Assembly (NCBI GenBank): GCA_963759005.1
Contig: CAVWXQ010000006.1
Coordinates: forward strand, 17,020 to 81,019
Reading direction: 5' to 3'
Source: an uncultured Gammaproteobacteria bacterium
GTDB lineage: Bacteria; Pseudomonadota; Gammaproteobacteria; SZUA-229
Length of the DNA stretch: 64,000 nt
The translations under genes and the position numbers were made by a program. Shown one piece after another: positions 42,547-53,471 of the stretch. Positions within the stretch are counted from its first letter, which is position 1, and each line of letters starts with the position of its first letter. The notes beneath the pieces are model-generated. The model saw only the letters and a list, made by a program, of their open reading frames with translations. It searched no databases and was not told the DNA's origin.

Positions 42547-42835
42547 ACCATGTTTAGATGGTAACCCTGGATAAAGATTTAATCAATGCCGCCTTTGGGT
42601 CACGGTAAATAAGGCACCACCACCTGTATTGAGGATACAGGTGGTGGGGTTTATAAATTGCCTACTAATTAAATGGTTAAATTGCACCAATCGAAGAACT
42701 CGGATCTACATCGTGCATATCAGGTAATTTCGTGGGCAATACCTTTGTGACAGTCAATACAGGTTTTACCTGCATTAAGGCCTTCTAAGCAAGCAAAAAA
42801 ATATAGCATTACGTTATGCGATTAGGCCTATTGAT

Positions 42836-43177
42836 ATGGTAGAAATCGATTATGAAGACTCGCATAACTCAGCGCCAGAACCCAATCATTTATTCCCGAT
42901 GTTATTTCAGAGTTTAATTTCTGATTTTTCAAACGGCGGTAACAGCCCTGCAAATGAATATTCAGCGCAGGAGACTAAAGCCAGGTTCAATGCAGATTGG
43001 GCAGCTGTTGCGCTAATGGATGTGACGCGGGATTTTTCAGATCAATATGCTCAGCTACTATTGCTGGCCCTGCATAAAAATAATGCATCGGATGCCTATG
43101 TACTTGTACTGTTCGATGATTACCAGGCGGTTAAGCCCGAAATCAACTCTGTTCTGAACAGCCTTAAATTTAAATAG
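42836..43177 (+). CDS. Hypothetical protein
   Basis: ORF only. Confidence 0.3.
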   Translation: MVEIDYEDSHNSAPEPNHLFPMLFQSLISDFSNGGNSPANEYSAQETKARFNADWAAVALMDVTRDFSDQYAQLLLLALHKNNASDAYVLVLFDDYQAVKPEINSVLNSLKFK

Positions 43178-43874
43178 CTGCTTTACTGTGGGAATTTTTG
43201 CTGCCGTATTTAGCGGCATTAACCATAGCGGTATTTATCTTAGCGGTAAAAACCAGGTATCGTAAAGTACCACCAGCCGTTAGTGCATCGAAGGGGTAGC
43301 AGGTGACTAATACTAGTGTCGGGTAATCTACATTCGGCTGTAACGACACTAGTTTACTATCAACAATTTGCAGCTTATAAACCTGGTAGGCAAAGGTTTT
43401 GTCTGGTGTTTCAATATAGATTGTATCGTTTACTTTCAGCTCTTTGAGAAAGTTAAAATGCGTGTCACGGTGAGCACTGATCATTGTTGTCCCTGCTGTA
43501 TTTGGCCTGGCACTGGCAAAAGAATAACCCGGTCCGAAAGCCAGGCTGTTACCGTTATCACCGGCGAGAATTATCTGTTCGATGTTGTGCTCGGGTACCA
43601 GAAGTTTTGCTACAGGCCAGGTGTCAGCCCATGGCCAGGGTTTATTAATACTGCCTTGTTGGCCATTATTTTTATATGAGTCATTTAGGGTTTGCTTCCA
43701 GGCATAATTAAGCAGTTGTTGTGCAATGATGGCTTTTCCCTGTATCCAGCCTGCCGAAGCAAGTTGCCACAGGCTGAGGCTGAGTAATAAAACAATAATA
43801 ACGGGTGTAACTTTTCCTGCATATTGATGGAACAACGTAGACATAAATCTTACCTGCATTATCGAAAAGGGCAC
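43170..43874 (-). CDS. Sortase, proteobacterial (marine) dedicated type
   Basis: Sortase fold with catalytic TLVLVTCYPF (a TLxTC-type motif) and an N-terminal TM anchor. Confidence 0.8.
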   Translation of the reverse strand: MPFSIMQVRFMSTLFHQYAGKVTPVIIVLLLSLSLWQLASAGWIQGKAIIAQQLLNYAWKQTLNDSYKNNGQQGSINKPWPWADTWPVAKLLVPEHNIEQIILAGDNGNSLAFGPGYSFASARPNTAGTTMISAHRDTHFNFLKELKVNDTIYIETPDKTFAYQVYKLQIVDSKLVSLQPNVDYPTLVLVTCYPFDALTAGGTLRYLVFTAKINTAMVNAAKYGSKNSHSKAAI

Positions 43875-46106
43875 TTAGTTAATAGCGTTTGCTCTGCTTT
43901 GATCAGTTATTAAACTTTTCCAGACGTACAACAATATAGCCGTGATAAAAAGGATTAAGGCCAGTAGTAAGTTTAGTTTTGAGCTGCTTGCTGTTTGTGC
44001 AAGCATAAGTCCATTAGTTGCGACTGAATTTTTCCAGCCATGCGGCAGGTTATTTTTCAAACGTTGACGATATAACATACCGTCAGCATTTACCGGTGTT
44101 ACGTCAACAGCCACCAGGCTGGTATAACGGCTAACCAGGTGATGTTCCAGCGCGGTAGTCGTTACTTCGTTTTTTATCGCATCACGTTCATTTTCGGTTG
44201 TTGATTCATGTTGCAGGGTCATTAGTGAGGCGATTTTTTCACGCGCCCAGGCAATTCGAATGCCACTTTGTATTGTGCCTGTTGGTTCGCTGGTAGTCTG
44301 CCACTCGCCATTTCCATAGTCGCCTTTTACTGTAATGTTACCCGGTAGCTGTTTACCTTTAATCAGGATAGTTGCTGTTTCACCTGCATATAAATCGGGA
44401 ATGATCTTCGGGAACACTTCATAAACATTTTTATCAGTTGTATTTGAGCTTATAGCTAATTCAATATTAATTAATGCTGGTGTTTCAAGTTTTTTAAACA
44501 GCGTTATGGTTTTTTCCTGGACTTCGTTAATATCGCCAATATAGGTAAATGTACCACGTCCTTTACTGGCAGCTTTAGACATAAAGTATGCGTTAGGCGC
44601 AGAACCAATGCCAATAGTGAACAGGCGGTTGTTTCCTAATTGCCTATCTATAACATCAAATAGTTCTGCTTCATTACTGATGTTGCCATCCGTTAAAAAT
44701 ATTACCTGTCTAAAGCGCGAGAATTCTTCATCATCTGATAATGCAAGTTTCAGAGCAGGTAACATTTCTGTACCGCCATCAGCCTGTAGGTTCTCAATAA
44801 AATGTTTTGCCATGTTTTTGTATTGCCTGGTAGCGGCAACAGCTGTGGAAAATAAACGATCAGTTTCATCGTTAAACCAGATGATATTAAATCGGTCAAT
44901 TGCATTAAGGCCATCAAGTGCGGTTATTAACGAAGCTTTTGCCTGGTTTATAGAGGTGCCGGACATAGAGCCTGATATATCAAGAACAAACACCACGTCA
45001 CGTTCCTGTACTTTTTGTTGTAAATGACTGAGCTCAGGTGGTAACAGGGTAAGCATCGTATAATGTTCAGCATTGATGTTGTTATCTGTGCTTTCACTGA
45101 AGCCGGACAGCTGTGGCTGGTTATTTAGCTGTGGTTTCCATACCAGCTCAAAATCGCGATCAGCAGCAATGTTTTCGCCGATGGTGGCAATGCTGTAACG
45201 TGTTTCACTGGTCTGATTGATATTGATACCATGATAAGAACTGCTCAGGTCATAAAGGCTGACTCCTGCATCAAGTAATACATGAATACGTACCCGGTTT
45301 TCTGTGTTGTTTAGCAAATCAGTTTCCGTGTAAACGCTGGTTTCATCGTGCGCAGGATCAGGTGGACTCTGGATTGAAGCCTGGTTGGTATGATTCTGTG
45401 CGCTGTGATAGCGGGGGCCAACAACCATTGGAAAACGTAATCGGTAACTGTTATTCTTATAATCAAGAACTTGCTGGAATTCAAATTCAACAGTAATTTC
45501 TTCACCAGGTGCAATATTAGCAAGCGAGGTAGTAAAAACATTAGGCCGTTGCTGTTCAATCAGGCTGGTTTTTTTACCTGCTTTTTTTGCACTTTCATAA
45601 CTTTTTTTAGCTAAAATACGTTCTTTTATCTGACCTTCAATAACACGTTCGCCAATGATCATTCTAAAATGATCAACCGCTGCATTTTCTGGTAACGGGA
45701 AAACATAAATACCTTCAACCCACAGTGAGCTGCTGTTTTTAAATCGCTGCTTAATTTTTGCCCGGGCAATGGCACCGGTTATTTCATAATCAACGTCGGT
45801 TTGCATTTGCATGGCTTCAATATAGTCACCATTGTCAGCTAGCATCCAGACAGAGCCGTGTTGGGATTGATAAGGGTCGAAACCCTTATCGCTAATGCTG
45901 GCATAAACATGCTGGAATAACAGCCCGAATACCAGATACACGCTCATTACAACCAGTACCTTATGAATAATAGTCAGTGTTTTTGAACAGGCCTTTAGTT
46001 TTATATTGTTTTGACTATTTTTAATGCGATGAAAATAATAATTATTCATGGTGTTCATATAACCACTCCTGCTGGCAGCACACGATGTGTGTGCCAGCAT
46101 TATCAA
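43875..46106 (-). CDS. Proteobacterial sortase target protein with VIT and vWA domains
   Basis: vWA MIDAS motif VVFVLDISGSMSG. The C-terminal sorting signal is LAQTAS, then the TM segment LNLLLALILFITAILLYVW and a basic tail. Confidence 0.8.
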   Translation of the reverse strand: MIMLAHTSCAASRSGYMNTMNNYYFHRIKNSQNNIKLKACSKTLTIIHKVLVVMSVYLVFGLLFQHVYASISDKGFDPYQSQHGSVWMLADNGDYIEAMQMQTDVDYEITGAIARAKIKQRFKNSSSLWVEGIYVFPLPENAAVDHFRMIIGERVIEGQIKERILAKKSYESAKKAGKKTSLIEQQRPNVFTTSLANIAPGEEITVEFEFQQVLDYKNNSYRLRFPMVVGPRYHSAQNHTNQASIQSPPDPAHDETSVYTETDLLNNTENRVRIHVLLDAGVSLYDLSSSYHGININQTSETRYSIATIGENIAADRDFELVWKPQLNNQPQLSGFSESTDNNINAEHYTMLTLLPPELSHLQQKVQERDVVFVLDISGSMSGTSINQAKASLITALDGLNAIDRFNIIWFNDETDRLFSTAVAATRQYKNMAKHFIENLQADGGTEMLPALKLALSDDEEFSRFRQVIFLTDGNISNEAELFDVIDRQLGNNRLFTIGIGSAPNAYFMSKAASKGRGTFTYIGDINEVQEKTITLFKKLETPALINIELAISSNTTDKNVYEVFPKIIPDLYAGETATILIKGKQLPGNITVKGDYGNGEWQTTSEPTGTIQSGIRIAWAREKIASLMTLQHESTTENERDAIKNEVTTTALEHHLVSRYTSLVAVDVTPVNADGMLYRQRLKNNLPHGWKNSVATNGLMLAQTASSSKLNLLLALILFITAILLYVWKSLITDQSRANAIN

Positions 46107-46112
46107 GCTGCG

Positions 46113-46499
46113 TTAGAATTTTTTGATTCGTTTGTAACGATGACCAACGGTAACAATGTGGTCACCAGCGATTACCAGGTAGGCATTCATCAGGCCAGAT
46201 AAACGTCGGATGACGACGTTTCCAACATCTGATGAAATAAGCCGCAGACTCTTTTTATCGAAGTAACACAAAATGGTTCCGTTGCTGCTTCGTTTACGCG
46301 AACCGTACTGACACAACCAGTGAATGATGAGCGGTGGAATACCACGTTGCTGTGACCTTTCCAGTGCGTGGTTTGTCATGCGAAAACCAGATGTTTTACT
46401 GAAAATGTTCATCGAAATCATATTCACACCGCTTAACGTCCTGATGTTCATGGTATTAATACTCGAGTCCGTCATCGTTACTGTTTCATTCGTTTTCAA
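46113..46499 (-). CDS. DUF4258-like small protein
   Basis: HALERSQQRGIPPLII motif. Overlaps both neighbouring genes in an operon-like arrangement. Confidence 0.4.
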   Translation of the reverse strand: MKTNETVTMTDSSINTMNIRTLSGVNMISMNIFSKTSGFRMTNHALERSQQRGIPPLIIHWLCQYGSRKRSSNGTILCYFDKKSLRLISSDVGNVVIRRLSGLMNAYLVIAGDHIVTVGHRYKRIKKF

Positions 46500-47461
46500 A
46501 ACCGGGTGCCTGCATCAGCAACCACAGGATCGGTTTTTTCAGTATCCAGATCGGAGAGTGCGGTAGTCATGGACTGAATTGAGTCTGCAGCGGTACGCTC
46601 AAATCGAATTACGACTTTACGGTCAAAGGTATAAGCTTCAAGATCGCCTGCACTGGAAACCATTTTCATTTCACCATAGGCTTTACTGATAATGCGATGC
46701 TCATTGACACCTGCACTGATCAGTTGTTCGCGTACTTTTTCGATACGCTCGTTTGCCAGTGCAATGTTCTTTGTTTTGTTGCCGCGTCGGTCAGAGTAAC
46801 CATCAAGGTGTATCTCTAATGTATTCATGGTCTTCATAAGATCAGCGATAGCAGCCAGGCGAGCAGGGTAGAAGGACTCGATAGTCGTACTTCCAGAACG
46901 GAAATAAATATCAAGGCTGAGGTCAGCAGTAAGAATATCCATCAGAGTGTGCTGCAGAGTCTCGCTTGAGTCATCGACAATAGTATTCATCTCACCTGAT
47001 TGAGCGACCTGGATACCATGCTGGTTCGTGTTTTGTACTGTAGACTCAGATAGAGGGTTGTTTTCACTGAGGTCGTTTTGCGTGCCATCAGAAAGGTGGA
47101 TATCTTCTTGTGCAGTATTTTCAGTCAGAGTAGTGCCTGATTCAGATCCTGACGGTACCTCCTGGTTAGAGCCTGCAATGGCACCAATTATGCCACCGAC
47201 AAGCAGACCAACGGGGCCGGCAATAAGCGTGCCGGTAGCTGCTCCAATACCCATGCCCGGGTACATATAGGTTTCAGTTGACTTGTCGTTACTGCTAATA
47301 TTGTCAGTAATGAGCCCGTCAATAGCAGTCTGATCCTCAGCATAAACCTGAGTTGACAGAACTGAAACGGTAAATACGGCGCTGCCAAGTGCCATGGTTA
47401 CTGCAGTATTTAATAACGATTTTTTCATTGTTTTCTCCAGGTGATTTATAAAAGTATTCAT
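46496..47461 (-). CDS. OmpA-family protein with an N-terminal glycine-zipper segment
   Basis: Signal peptide, GMGIGAATGTLIAGPVGLLVGGIIGAIAG segment, and a C-terminal OmpA peptidoglycan-binding domain (LDGYSDRRGNKTKNIALANERIEKV). Confidence 0.7.
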   Translation of the reverse strand: MNTFINHLEKTMKKSLLNTAVTMALGSAVFTVSVLSTQVYAEDQTAIDGLITDNISSNDKSTETYMYPGMGIGAATGTLIAGPVGLLVGGIIGAIAGSNQEVPSGSESGTTLTENTAQEDIHLSDGTQNDLSENNPLSESTVQNTNQHGIQVAQSGEMNTIVDDSSETLQHTLMDILTADLSLDIYFRSGSTTIESFYPARLAAIADLMKTMNTLEIHLDGYSDRRGNKTKNIALANERIEKVREQLISAGVNEHRIISKAYGEMKMVSSAGDLEAYTFDRKVVIRFERTAADSIQSMTTALSDLDTEKTDPVVADAGTRF

Positions 47462-47689
47462 GTGTTTCCACGTTGTTATTAAAACAATTACTAAAACTTC
47501 AATCTTTGGCAGTGCATGGAGGAAATATGGAGAAAAAGTGGAGATGACCGGTGAATCACGTAATATTGATGATTACGCGTTAAAATTGTTTATTTATTAG
47601 CCAGGTCACGGAACACGTTTTCACGCGAGCCCTGAAGAGGTGAGGCATATGGAGTTTCTGCATAAACATATTCCGCGCTTTGGCCAGAT

Positions 47690-48439
47690 ATGAAAACCAG
47701 AGAAGAAATAACAGGAAAACAGGTGAAGCAAACAATAGCTATCGTAGAGGATGATGCGCAGCAGCGACTTTATTATGCTGATGCGTTAAGGTCCAATGAC
47801 TACAATGTTGAGGAATACGAAGACCGGCAGCAGGCAATAGATGCATTTGAAAAAGAACTGCCTGATCTGGCACTTCTTGATATTGCGCTTAAATCAGATG
47901 TCGGTGGCGGATATGAAATATGTCGATACCTGAAGCAGCGTGATGCAAGGCTGCCGGTTGTTTTTCTTACCAGTCGCGGTGATGAGTTAGATAAAATATA
48001 TGGATTGCAATTAGGTGCATGGGATTATCAAACTAAACCAGTTTCACTGGAATATTTAATAGTACGTATTGAATCTTTTTTTCAAATTAAACAGTTATCG
48101 TCGGATGCAAATAATAACAATTTGAATGGCAGCTATAACAGTATAAAAAATAAAAAATCCGGTGATTTAACTATCAATAAAAAATCGATGCAGTGTTTCT
48201 GGAAGGAAAAAGAAGTTAATTTAACACCAACCGAATTTTCAATATTAACAGCGATATCCGAGGTCAATGAAGCTGTCAGTATGGATGAGTTAATGAAAGC
48301 AACACATCAGGGTGTGGTTGAAGATAATACAATCAATACGCATATTTTACATATACGAAAAAAGTTCAAAAAAATCGATGCGCAATTTCAGTGTATCAAA
48401 ACACGTTATGGTTTTGGCTACCAGTGGTTGAGTGAATGA
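47690..48439 (+). CDS. OmpR-family response regulator of the dedicated sortase system
   Basis: Receiver domain plus a winged helix, with an Asn-rich linker. Confidence 0.8.
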   Translation: MKTREEITGKQVKQTIAIVEDDAQQRLYYADALRSNDYNVEEYEDRQQAIDAFEKELPDLALLDIALKSDVGGGYEICRYLKQRDARLPVVFLTSRGDELDKIYGLQLGAWDYQTKPVSLEYLIVRIESFFQIKQLSSDANNNNLNGSYNSIKNKKSGDLTINKKSMQCFWKEKEVNLTPTEFSILTAISEVNEAVSMDELMKATHQGVVEDNTINTHILHIRKKFKKIDAQFQCIKTRYGFGYQWLSE

Positions 48440-48449
48440 GGTTGTCTGA

Positions 48450-50423
48450 ATGAAGCTGGGTACCCGTTTGCTGGTCTTTAGTTCGATATTTTTAGTGATG
48501 CTGCCATGGCTCGGTTATCATTTTATTCAAAAAATCGAGTCTTCTTTATTGCAGGGGCAGGAAGAAGCGCAATCAATGTCTGCATCTGCAATTGCTGCAG
48601 TGTTAAATGGCTATACCGGCCTGTTTGATACCGATGAACATGCATTGTATGTTTATCCGTTTAAACAAAGCATTAATATTGATGGCTATGATGAAGACTG
48701 GGACCAGCTTAAACAGCAGTTTACATCGTATGCAAATAATGCGTTTTCGTTATTACTGGCCAATAATGAACTAGTGGATGATGCGCAATATTTCTATGTC
48801 TATTTAAAAGTAACAGATAATAATATTATTTATCGAAATCCGCGATACAGTTCATTAGACACCAGTGACCACATAAGGCTTGAATATCTTGATCCGCATA
48901 ACAATCGGAAACGTCTCATCTTACTCACTGCGGGGCAGGGTAGTGTCAGTGTTTATGAGGTAAAGGAAAACTGGACAGACTGGAAAAATGGCAACCATGT
49001 TAATGCCGTTTATGGTGTGTGGCGCGAGACAGGCTCAGGTTACGATGTTGAAATACGCCTGCCGGGAGAATGGCTGGAACCTAAGCGGCGATTATCTGTA
49101 AGTGTTGTTGACGTATTTAATGAGAATGAACGTAATATTGATACTATTGTTTCAACACACACTCTTGACAACAACACCTTGAATCCATTGTTATTTCAAT
49201 CACATGAAATCAGCAGTGTGATTAAAAATTTAAGTGAATCTGATTCGCAAATATGTGTCATCGACAGGTATCGCCGAGTACGCGCGGTGACTGGTGGCCA
49301 GGCATTACAGGCTTCACTTTGTCATGCGATAGATAAGGTTAGTGAAAGCCTGGTAGATAAAGTCTTACTGGGTAAGGTACAGGTAAAGCGCATTGAAGAA
49401 GAGGGTGAAACAATAATAGTTGCGGCGCGCCCTGTTTTTGATGGTGATGAAGTAATTGGTGCAGTACTGGTCAGCAAAAATAGCCGGCAGATTCTATCGC
49501 TACAGCGCGACACATTAAATGATGTCGTGCTTGCTACGCTGGGTATTTTCTTTCTAGTCTTTATTAGTTTGCTTTTCTTTAGTTCATGGCTCGCGTTTCG
49601 AATTAATCGACTTAAAAAACAGACTGCATCACTTATCGATGATAGTGGCCGTTTTATAAATCATATTAATTTGTCAGATACAAATCATCGCGATGAAATA
49701 GGGGACTTATCACGTAGCTTTTCATCAATACTGGATAAGTTAAATCGTTACACCTGTTTTCTGGAGACTGTGCCGCGTATGTTACGGCACGAAATATTAA
49801 ACCCAGTGAATACCATCAGTATGTCACTACAGAAGCTCCAGCAGCAAAATGATGCAGCAGACATTGCCACAGCCTGTAACGCGATCAAACAGCTACAGCT
49901 TATTGTATCGAGTTTAACTGAAGCTGCGAATATTGATGAGGCATTGATTCAGGATGAGGTTGAAATAATTGATATTGCTGCGTTACTCAGTGAGTATGTT
50001 AATAACTCACAGCGTAAACATCCAGATGCAAAACTGCGTTATCATGGCAAGAACAACGGGGTTTTTGTGCAGGCTAATGATATCCGAATTGTTCAGCTTC
50101 TTGATAAGGTTAAAGATAATGCACTGGATTTTGCACTGGCCGAAACGGAAATTTTATTTCAACTTGATGTGAGTCAGGGCAACGAAGCCATTATTCATGT
50201 AAAAAACGAAGGAGAATTTATTCCACAGGAACAGCAGGATTTCCTTTTTCAGGGAATGATTTCTCATCGACCTGTAAAGTCTGATATACCACATTTAGGT
50301 ATCGGACTATATGTAGCGTTTCAAATTGCTAAATTCCACCAGGGATTGTTGAAAATAGCTAACCGTAGGGATAAACAGGGTGTTGAAGTTGTAATAATAT
50401 TACCTTTGGCAAATACTATGTAG
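48450..50423 (+). CDS. Sensor histidine kinase of the dedicated sortase system
   Basis: Periplasmic sensor between two TM segments, with HAMP, HisKA (RHEILNP) and HATPase domains. Confidence 0.8.
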   Translation: MKLGTRLLVFSSIFLVMLPWLGYHFIQKIESSLLQGQEEAQSMSASAIAAVLNGYTGLFDTDEHALYVYPFKQSINIDGYDEDWDQLKQQFTSYANNAFSLLLANNELVDDAQYFYVYLKVTDNNIIYRNPRYSSLDTSDHIRLEYLDPHNNRKRLILLTAGQGSVSVYEVKENWTDWKNGNHVNAVYGVWRETGSGYDVEIRLPGEWLEPKRRLSVSVVDVFNENERNIDTIVSTHTLDNNTLNPLLFQSHEISSVIKNLSESDSQICVIDRYRRVRAVTGGQALQASLCHAIDKVSESLVDKVLLGKVQVKRIEEEGETIIVAARPVFDGDEVIGAVLVSKNSRQILSLQRDTLNDVVLATLGIFFLVFISLLFFSSWLAFRINRLKKQTASLIDDSGRFINHINLSDTNHRDEIGDLSRSFSSILDKLNRYTCFLETVPRMLRHEILNPVNTISMSLQKLQQQNDAADIATACNAIKQLQLIVSSLTEAANIDEALIQDEVEIIDIAALLSEYVNNSQRKHPDAKLRYHGKNNGVFVQANDIRIVQLLDKVKDNALDFALAETEILFQLDVSQGNEAIIHVKNEGEFIPQEQQDFLFQGMISHRPVKSDIPHLGIGLYVAFQIAKFHQGLLKIANRRDKQGVEVVIILPLANTM

Positions 50424-50504
50424 TTCCATCCGTCATTATCAGGTTGATAGAGTACTAGTGAGTAAATACACGGATAAATTATAATTTAAGAGAAGTAGAC
50501 TGTT

Positions 50505-51023
50505 ATGAGTGAAAAAAAAATTGTGCCAATAAAAATTGTGATATTAACCGTCTCAGATAGCCGAACTGATGCGGATGATACCTCGGGTGATGCGCTGGTC
50601 GAACGCCTGACTCAGGCTGGGCACATTCTGGCTGAAAAAATGATTGTGTCTGATGATAAATACAAAATTCGGGAAGTCGTTTCGCGCTGGATTGCTGATA
50701 AAGATGTTGATGTGGTTATCAGTACTGGTGGTACCGGGTTAACTGGTCGCGATATTACGCCGGAAGCGGTCAAACCTTTGTTTGATAAAGAAATCGAAGG
50801 TGTTGGTGAACTTTTTCGCTGGGTCTCATATCAGGAAATTGGCACTTCCACTATTGCATCACGTTGTATTGGCGGTCTGGCTAATGGTACCTTTATCTTT
50901 TGTTTGCCTGGTTCTACCGGAGCCTGCCGAACCGGCTGGGATAAGGTTATAGCGCCTCAGCTTGATTGTAATACATCACCCTGTAATATTGTTGCGTTAA
51001 TGCCCAGGCTGCTGGAAAAGTGA
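50505..51023 (+). CDS. moaB: Molybdenum cofactor biosynthesis protein B (MoaB/MogA family)
   Basis: GGTG motif (VVISTGGTGLTGRD). Confidence 0.8.
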   Translation: MSEKKIVPIKIVILTVSDSRTDADDTSGDALVERLTQAGHILAEKMIVSDDKYKIREVVSRWIADKDVDVVISTGGTGLTGRDITPEAVKPLFDKEIEGVGELFRWVSYQEIGTSTIASRCIGGLANGTFIFCLPGSTGACRTGWDKVIAPQLDCNTSPCNIVALMPRLLEK

Positions 51024-51120
51024 TGCCAGCGGTAATGAATGGTGGATACCAACAAGGCTATTTGTCATCTCGATCAGCAGGATTGTTACATGGATGTAGG
51101 AAGTGCAGAAAATGCAGGAG

Positions 51121-51305
51121 CAATTTTCAGTCACTACATCCCTGGAGATGCACTGAAATTGTTCCAGACAATTTTTAGTATACACTCCATCCCTGGAGAT
51201 GCACTGAAATTGTTCCAGACAATTTTTAGTATACACTCCATCCCTGGAGATGCACTGAAATTGTTCCAGACAATTTTCAGTATACACTCCATCCCTGGAG
51301 ATAAA
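51121..51305. repeat. 3.6 tandem copies of a 51-bp R3 unit, ending in CCCTGGAGATAAAAAATG and supplying the SD for moeA
   Basis: ccctggagatgcactgaaattgttccagacaatttttagtatacactccat repeated three times. The ORFs in the track that translate the repeat are artefacts. Confidence 0.85.
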
Positions 51306-51307
51306 AA

Positions 51308-52579
51308 ATGCGAGATATAGAAATAAAAACAGTTGATTGTTGTGCTTCGCCCGGATTGATATCGGTTGAGCAGGCGCTTGAGAAGGTTCTTGCTCAGGCT
51401 TCGCCTGTCGAGCAAGTTGAGCAGGTAAATATTCTACATGCATTAAACAGGGTGCTTGCTGAGGACTTACATTCAACCATAGATGTACCGGGTTATGATA
51501 ACAGCGCGATGGACGGTTATGCTGTACGCAGTGAAGATTGTCAGACTTCTGGTTCTGACTTACCCGTGTCACAACGCATAGCTGCCGGTCAGGTTGGTAC
51601 ATTCCTTGAACCAGGCACTGCTGCACGTATTTTTACCGGGGCACCTGTACCTGAAGGTGCTGATGCAATTGTTATGCAGGAAATGTGTGAACAACATGAT
51701 GAAGCTCAGCTAGAAAAGAATCAGGGTGGCCGGGTAATTATTAATACGGTTGTTAAAGCAGGCGCTAATATTAGAAGTGCCGGTGAAGATATAGCCAGGG
51801 GGAATACCGTACTAAAAGCAGGCAAACGGTTACGTCCACAGGAGCTTGGTTTACTGGCATCTGTTGGTCTCGCTGAAATCAAGGTAAAAAGAAAATTAAA
51901 AGTTGCCACGTTTTTTACTGGTGATGAAATTATAACGCCGGGACAGGCATTAGCTGACGGACAAATTTATAATTCTAATCGCTATACACTAACCGGTTTA
52001 TTACAGGCAATGGACTGTGAGATTGTCGATTTAGGCATAGTGCCTGATACCCTGGAGGCAACGTTAGAAGTGTTGGAACAGGCTGCTTCAGGTGCTGACC
52101 TGGTGATTACCAGTGGCGGGGTTTCTGTTGGTGAAGAAGATTATGTTCGAATCGCTCTGCAGAAACTTGGCGAGTTAACAATGTGGCGTATTGCAATGAA
52201 ACCGGGAAAACCGGTAGCATTTGGTAAGGTTAAAAATGCGCTGTTTATGGGGCTGCCAGGCAACCCTGTTTCTGTCTTTGTAACTTTTTTGCTATTTGCA
52301 CGCGCCTTGATTTTGAAGCTGCAGGGCGCAGAAGATTGTCTTGTTAAACGTGTTTCTGTCATTGCTGATTTTGACTGGCCAGAAATAAAACGCCAGGAAT
52401 ATTTACGTGTTCGCCTTGTGGAAAAAGATAAGCAGACGGTTGCCCAACTATTTCCTCACCAGGGTTCTGGCGTATTAAGCTCTGCAAGTTGGGCCGATGG
52501 GCTAATAGAGGTATTTATCGGTCAGCAAATCAAACAGGGAGACAAAGTAAGTTACCTGCCATTTGAAGGTTTGTATTAA
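51308..52579 (+). CDS. moeA: Molybdopterin molybdenumtransferase
   Basis: DVPGYDNSAMDGYAVR and GGVSVGEEDY motifs. Confidence 0.9.
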   Translation: MRDIEIKTVDCCASPGLISVEQALEKVLAQASPVEQVEQVNILHALNRVLAEDLHSTIDVPGYDNSAMDGYAVRSEDCQTSGSDLPVSQRIAAGQVGTFLEPGTAARIFTGAPVPEGADAIVMQEMCEQHDEAQLEKNQGGRVIINTVVKAGANIRSAGEDIARGNTVLKAGKRLRPQELGLLASVGLAEIKVKRKLKVATFFTGDEIITPGQALADGQIYNSNRYTLTGLLQAMDCEIVDLGIVPDTLEATLEVLEQAASGADLVITSGGVSVGEEDYVRIALQKLGELTMWRIAMKPGKPVAFGKVKNALFMGLPGNPVSVFVTFLLFARALILKLQGAEDCLVKRVSVIADFDWPEIKRQEYLRVRLVEKDKQTVAQLFPHQGSGVLSSASWADGLIEVFIGQQIKQGDKVSYLPFEGLY

Positions 52580-52907
52580 TGAAGAGCACCTTTGTCGTGA
52601 GTAGATCAGAGTGTCATTAGCTTTCTCTCATCGTGTTTTAGTAGAGCGGTGAGTATGTTTACTGGCCCAACTATTTCTATGTGGCACACTTATGATTAAC
52701 ATCCAGGTCGTTTTTTAATTCAGATCTAGCGGCCTGGATATTGTGGCTACTTCGGTTTCTCTGTAAATAAGCCACATAATTATTTAAAACACTAACGATT
52801 GACGCAGTAAGCCTAATGACTGGCTTATATTGTCAACATCTGTATGGTGTTTATTGGCAATATATTACGCTCAGGAGGCATGAAGCACAAACGCATTAAA
52901 TAACTAA

Positions 52908-53240
52908 ATGAGCAAGATAAATATGGCATTAGATATAGCGTTAATCTTGAAAAAAGAAATGCCAGGTATCGGTTTCTGCAACAAGGCTAAACGTCTACAG
53001 GTATTTATTGTTATTTCTAATCGTGCGGAGAAATTAGCAGGTTATGACACTGAATTAGCAATAGAGGCTTTAACAATATTGGGTTACATGTCGAATGCAT
53101 ATCATAAAGCAACGGCGATGGCAGCTAAAAATATTAGTCGTTTTTCGTTTGGTACTTTATATGCTTCTGGATGGACGATAGCGAATATTCTAGCAATTCG
53201 TGAAGGGTTTACACCTCATCGCTTATTTAAAATGAACTAA
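52908..53240 (+). CDS. Hypothetical protein
   Basis: ORF only. Confidence 0.3.
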   Translation: MSKINMALDIALILKKEMPGIGFCNKAKRLQVFIVISNRAEKLAGYDTELAIEALTILGYMSNAYHKATAMAAKNISRFSFGTLYASGWTIANILAIREGFTPHRLFKMN

Positions 53241-53261
53241 AATACCGTTATCAGCACTAAA

Positions 53262-53360
53262 AAAATCACTGTCCCGCTAACAAAAAGAAATTATTTAAAC
53301 AGCCTGATGTAGCAAGCTTTGATAAGGGTTGCGTTAATCCGAGACATGAACCAGACGCAG
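53262..53360. repeat. R4 repeat copy, paired with 140..245
   Basis: See the 140..245 entry. Confidence 0.6.
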
Positions 53361-53471
53361 GCTAGTATGTGTATCACCGAGAGATACATAACCTTTCTCC
53401 CATAGTGGGTGATAAGGTAATTTATGTTTCTTTAAGTAGTGATATACATGTCAGGTATTATTAAAAGTTAC

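Noticed and set aside
51039-51415. Two overlapping ORFs, one on each strand (93 aa each), with the repeated peptide IPGDALKLFQTIFSIHS.
   Set aside because: They are translations of the 51-bp tandem DNA repeat. The unit length is a multiple of 3, so any frame stays open. The region is intergenic between moaB and moeA.
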